Origin: Trichosphaerium sp. ATCC 40318
Taxonomy: Eukaryota > Protista > Tubulinea
Reading direction: 5' to 3'
Assembly (NCBI GenBank): GCA_038496445.1
Contig: JALMLS010000035.1
Span: 1 to 64,000, forward strand
Length of the DNA: 64,000 nucleotides
Shown here: positions 62,556 to 64,000 of the stretch, in pieces
Position numbering within the stretch: position 1 is the first letter of the stretch
How the letters are laid out: the number at the start of each line of letters is the position of its first letter
The notes under the pieces: model-generated
Told to the model about the DNA's origin: nothing
Database searches by the model: none
Seen by the model: only the letters and a program-made list of their open reading frames with translations
Translations under genes and position numbers: made by a program

Positions 62556-63677
62556 ATGGAAGACACTGAGCCTTGTAATATGCTAGCACTTCCTTTTGAA
62601 TTGCTATGCTTAATACAAGAATTTCTTAACGATACTGACCGACAGGCGTCTGCCCTTACTTGTGTAGTATTTAAACATATAATTTACGATGAAATTGGAT
62701 ACTCAACTGTTTTCGTTTCAAAAACAAACGCTGAACAAGTAACAACATGCAGAGGTATTCTCAAACACTCTAGAATTGAGTTTTGCTGCCCACTCCCCGA
62801 TACAGAAACACTTCTCAAATTTTCAACTTGTAGACACGTTTCTCTTTATCGTACACGTGCATCAACAATAGATGACCTCATCACAATGTTTTCTAAACAC
62901 GTGTATACCATTGATATCTCAGGATGTAGGTTTTCAAAGAACCAGCTATCGAAGCTTTCAGGTATTCACACAATATCTCTCGAAAGCTGCATTAATGTGA
63001 CTGATGAAGGTGTTAAACACCTTGCTGGCGTACATACTATCAACTTGGGACGTACAAAAGTAACAGATGAAGGTATAGAAGCGCTTAAAGGAGTTTATTC
63101 AATAAACTTAAGAGGATGTTCAAATATAACAGATAAAGGCATTAAATCTCTTGCTGGCGTTCATACAATTAATCTAAAATCAACAACAGTAACAGATAAA
63201 GGTGTAAATGCGTTGATTGGTGTACATACTATCAATCTTAGCCTGTGTACTTATATAACATCAAAGTGTTTTAAAACGCTTTCAAAGGCACACAATGTCG
63301 CTTTGATGTCATGTATGTGCGTCCAACAGACTTGTATTCATCTTCTTAATGGTGTTCACACCTTAGATATAAGGCGGTGTGATGTTACTTCTGATAGCCT
63401 GGCAAAGTTAACAAGTGTCAAGGTAATCATTACAGCAGTTAGTTATCAAATATCATTGTCTATGATAGAGGATATAAGCAAGTTTGTACCAACAGTATAT
63501 GTGTATCCACACGTACCACTACAAGTATTTGATGATGGACAATACCTAATTGTGGCAAATCCAGCATTACGCTTAAGAGCTAAACATGAAAGACTTCCAT
63601 CTTTTATTAATGGCAAGAAACAAAACTTTTCTTGTCCAGCTTGTAAAGTTAGAACACTCAGACAAAGTTATCGTTAA
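62556..63677 (+). CDS. Intronless F-box/LRR protein with VHTINL-type repeats
   Basis: LALPFELLCLIQEFL F-box; repeated GVHTINL..C..(I/V)TD.G(V/I)K.L units. Confidence 0.85.
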   Translation: MEDTEPCNMLALPFELLCLIQEFLNDTDRQASALTCVVFKHIIYDEIGYSTVFVSKTNAEQVTTCRGILKHSRIEFCCPLPDTETLLKFSTCRHVSLYRTRASTIDDLITMFSKHVYTIDISGCRFSKNQLSKLSGIHTISLESCINVTDEGVKHLAGVHTINLGRTKVTDEGIEALKGVYSINLRGCSNITDKGIKSLAGVHTINLKSTTVTDKGVNALIGVHTINLSLCTYITSKCFKTLSKAHNVALMSCMCVQQTCIHLLNGVHTLDIRRCDVTSDSLAKLTSVKVIITAVSYQISLSMIEDISKFVPTVYVYPHVPLQVFDDGQYLIVANPALRLRAKHERLPSFINGKKQNFSCPACKVRTLRQSYR

Positions 63678-64000
63678 TTTAAAGAGTCGACATTGAGGGA
63701 TGCTATCACATTACGACATTTTTTTGTAGATTGTGTATAATAGCTTTCCAATAAACTTGCTTTCTGGCATAAACCACAAGATCCAAAAACTCTAACAAAA
63801 GACTACAGCCATACTGTATCAGGTATACCTCTAATTTGATACGTGTTAAGAATGGATGAAGTGTCAACACAAAGACCTTTTATTAAGTATCTGTTGGACA
63901 GTATGTAGGTAATATTGTTACATACCCATGTGGTTCTTTTTTGTTCTTTCTTTTTGAGTAAAACTCTGATAGAACCTTGTCTTTGTTTTCAACACTGAAA

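Noticed and set aside
1-64000. Alternative genetic code or mass pseudogenisation suggested by the many short ORFs
   Set aside because: Canonical GT-AG introns restore full-length conserved proteins (Ras, DnaJ, lipase) under the standard code.

Overview
AT-rich (about 35% GC by eye), gene-dense, intron-rich eukaryotic DNA, probably from an amoebozoan-type protist. That placement is inferred from the ABP34-like actin bundler, the Shk/Cbl-like kinase-SH2 protein and the short GT-AG introns. The ORF track is fragmented by introns, so I spliced genes by hand and many boundaries are approximate. Housekeeping genes: rhodanese, Ras, EMC4, VAMP7, acid lipase, sirtuin, CCR/DFR-like reductase, NADAR, non-specific phospholipase C, DnaJ, neutral ceramidase, several F-box/LRR proteins, a CBS protein, a GPR107/TMEM87-like protein and tRNA-Phe. 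Three things stand out. (1) A locally triplicated, spliced gene of about 277 aa carries a CheD/CNF1-type Cys-His deamidase signature (GLGPCVGI...CAH), and two of its copies form a ~1.3-kb inverted repeat that brackets a Ras gene. (2) One spliced gene fuses helical repeats, a PD-(D/E)xK nuclease and a compact ATP-dependent DNA ligase. (3) A tRNA-Phe with an atypical A54 T-loop has truncated and decayed copies scattered in introns and intergenic DNA. All family assignments come from motif recognition; no searches were run.
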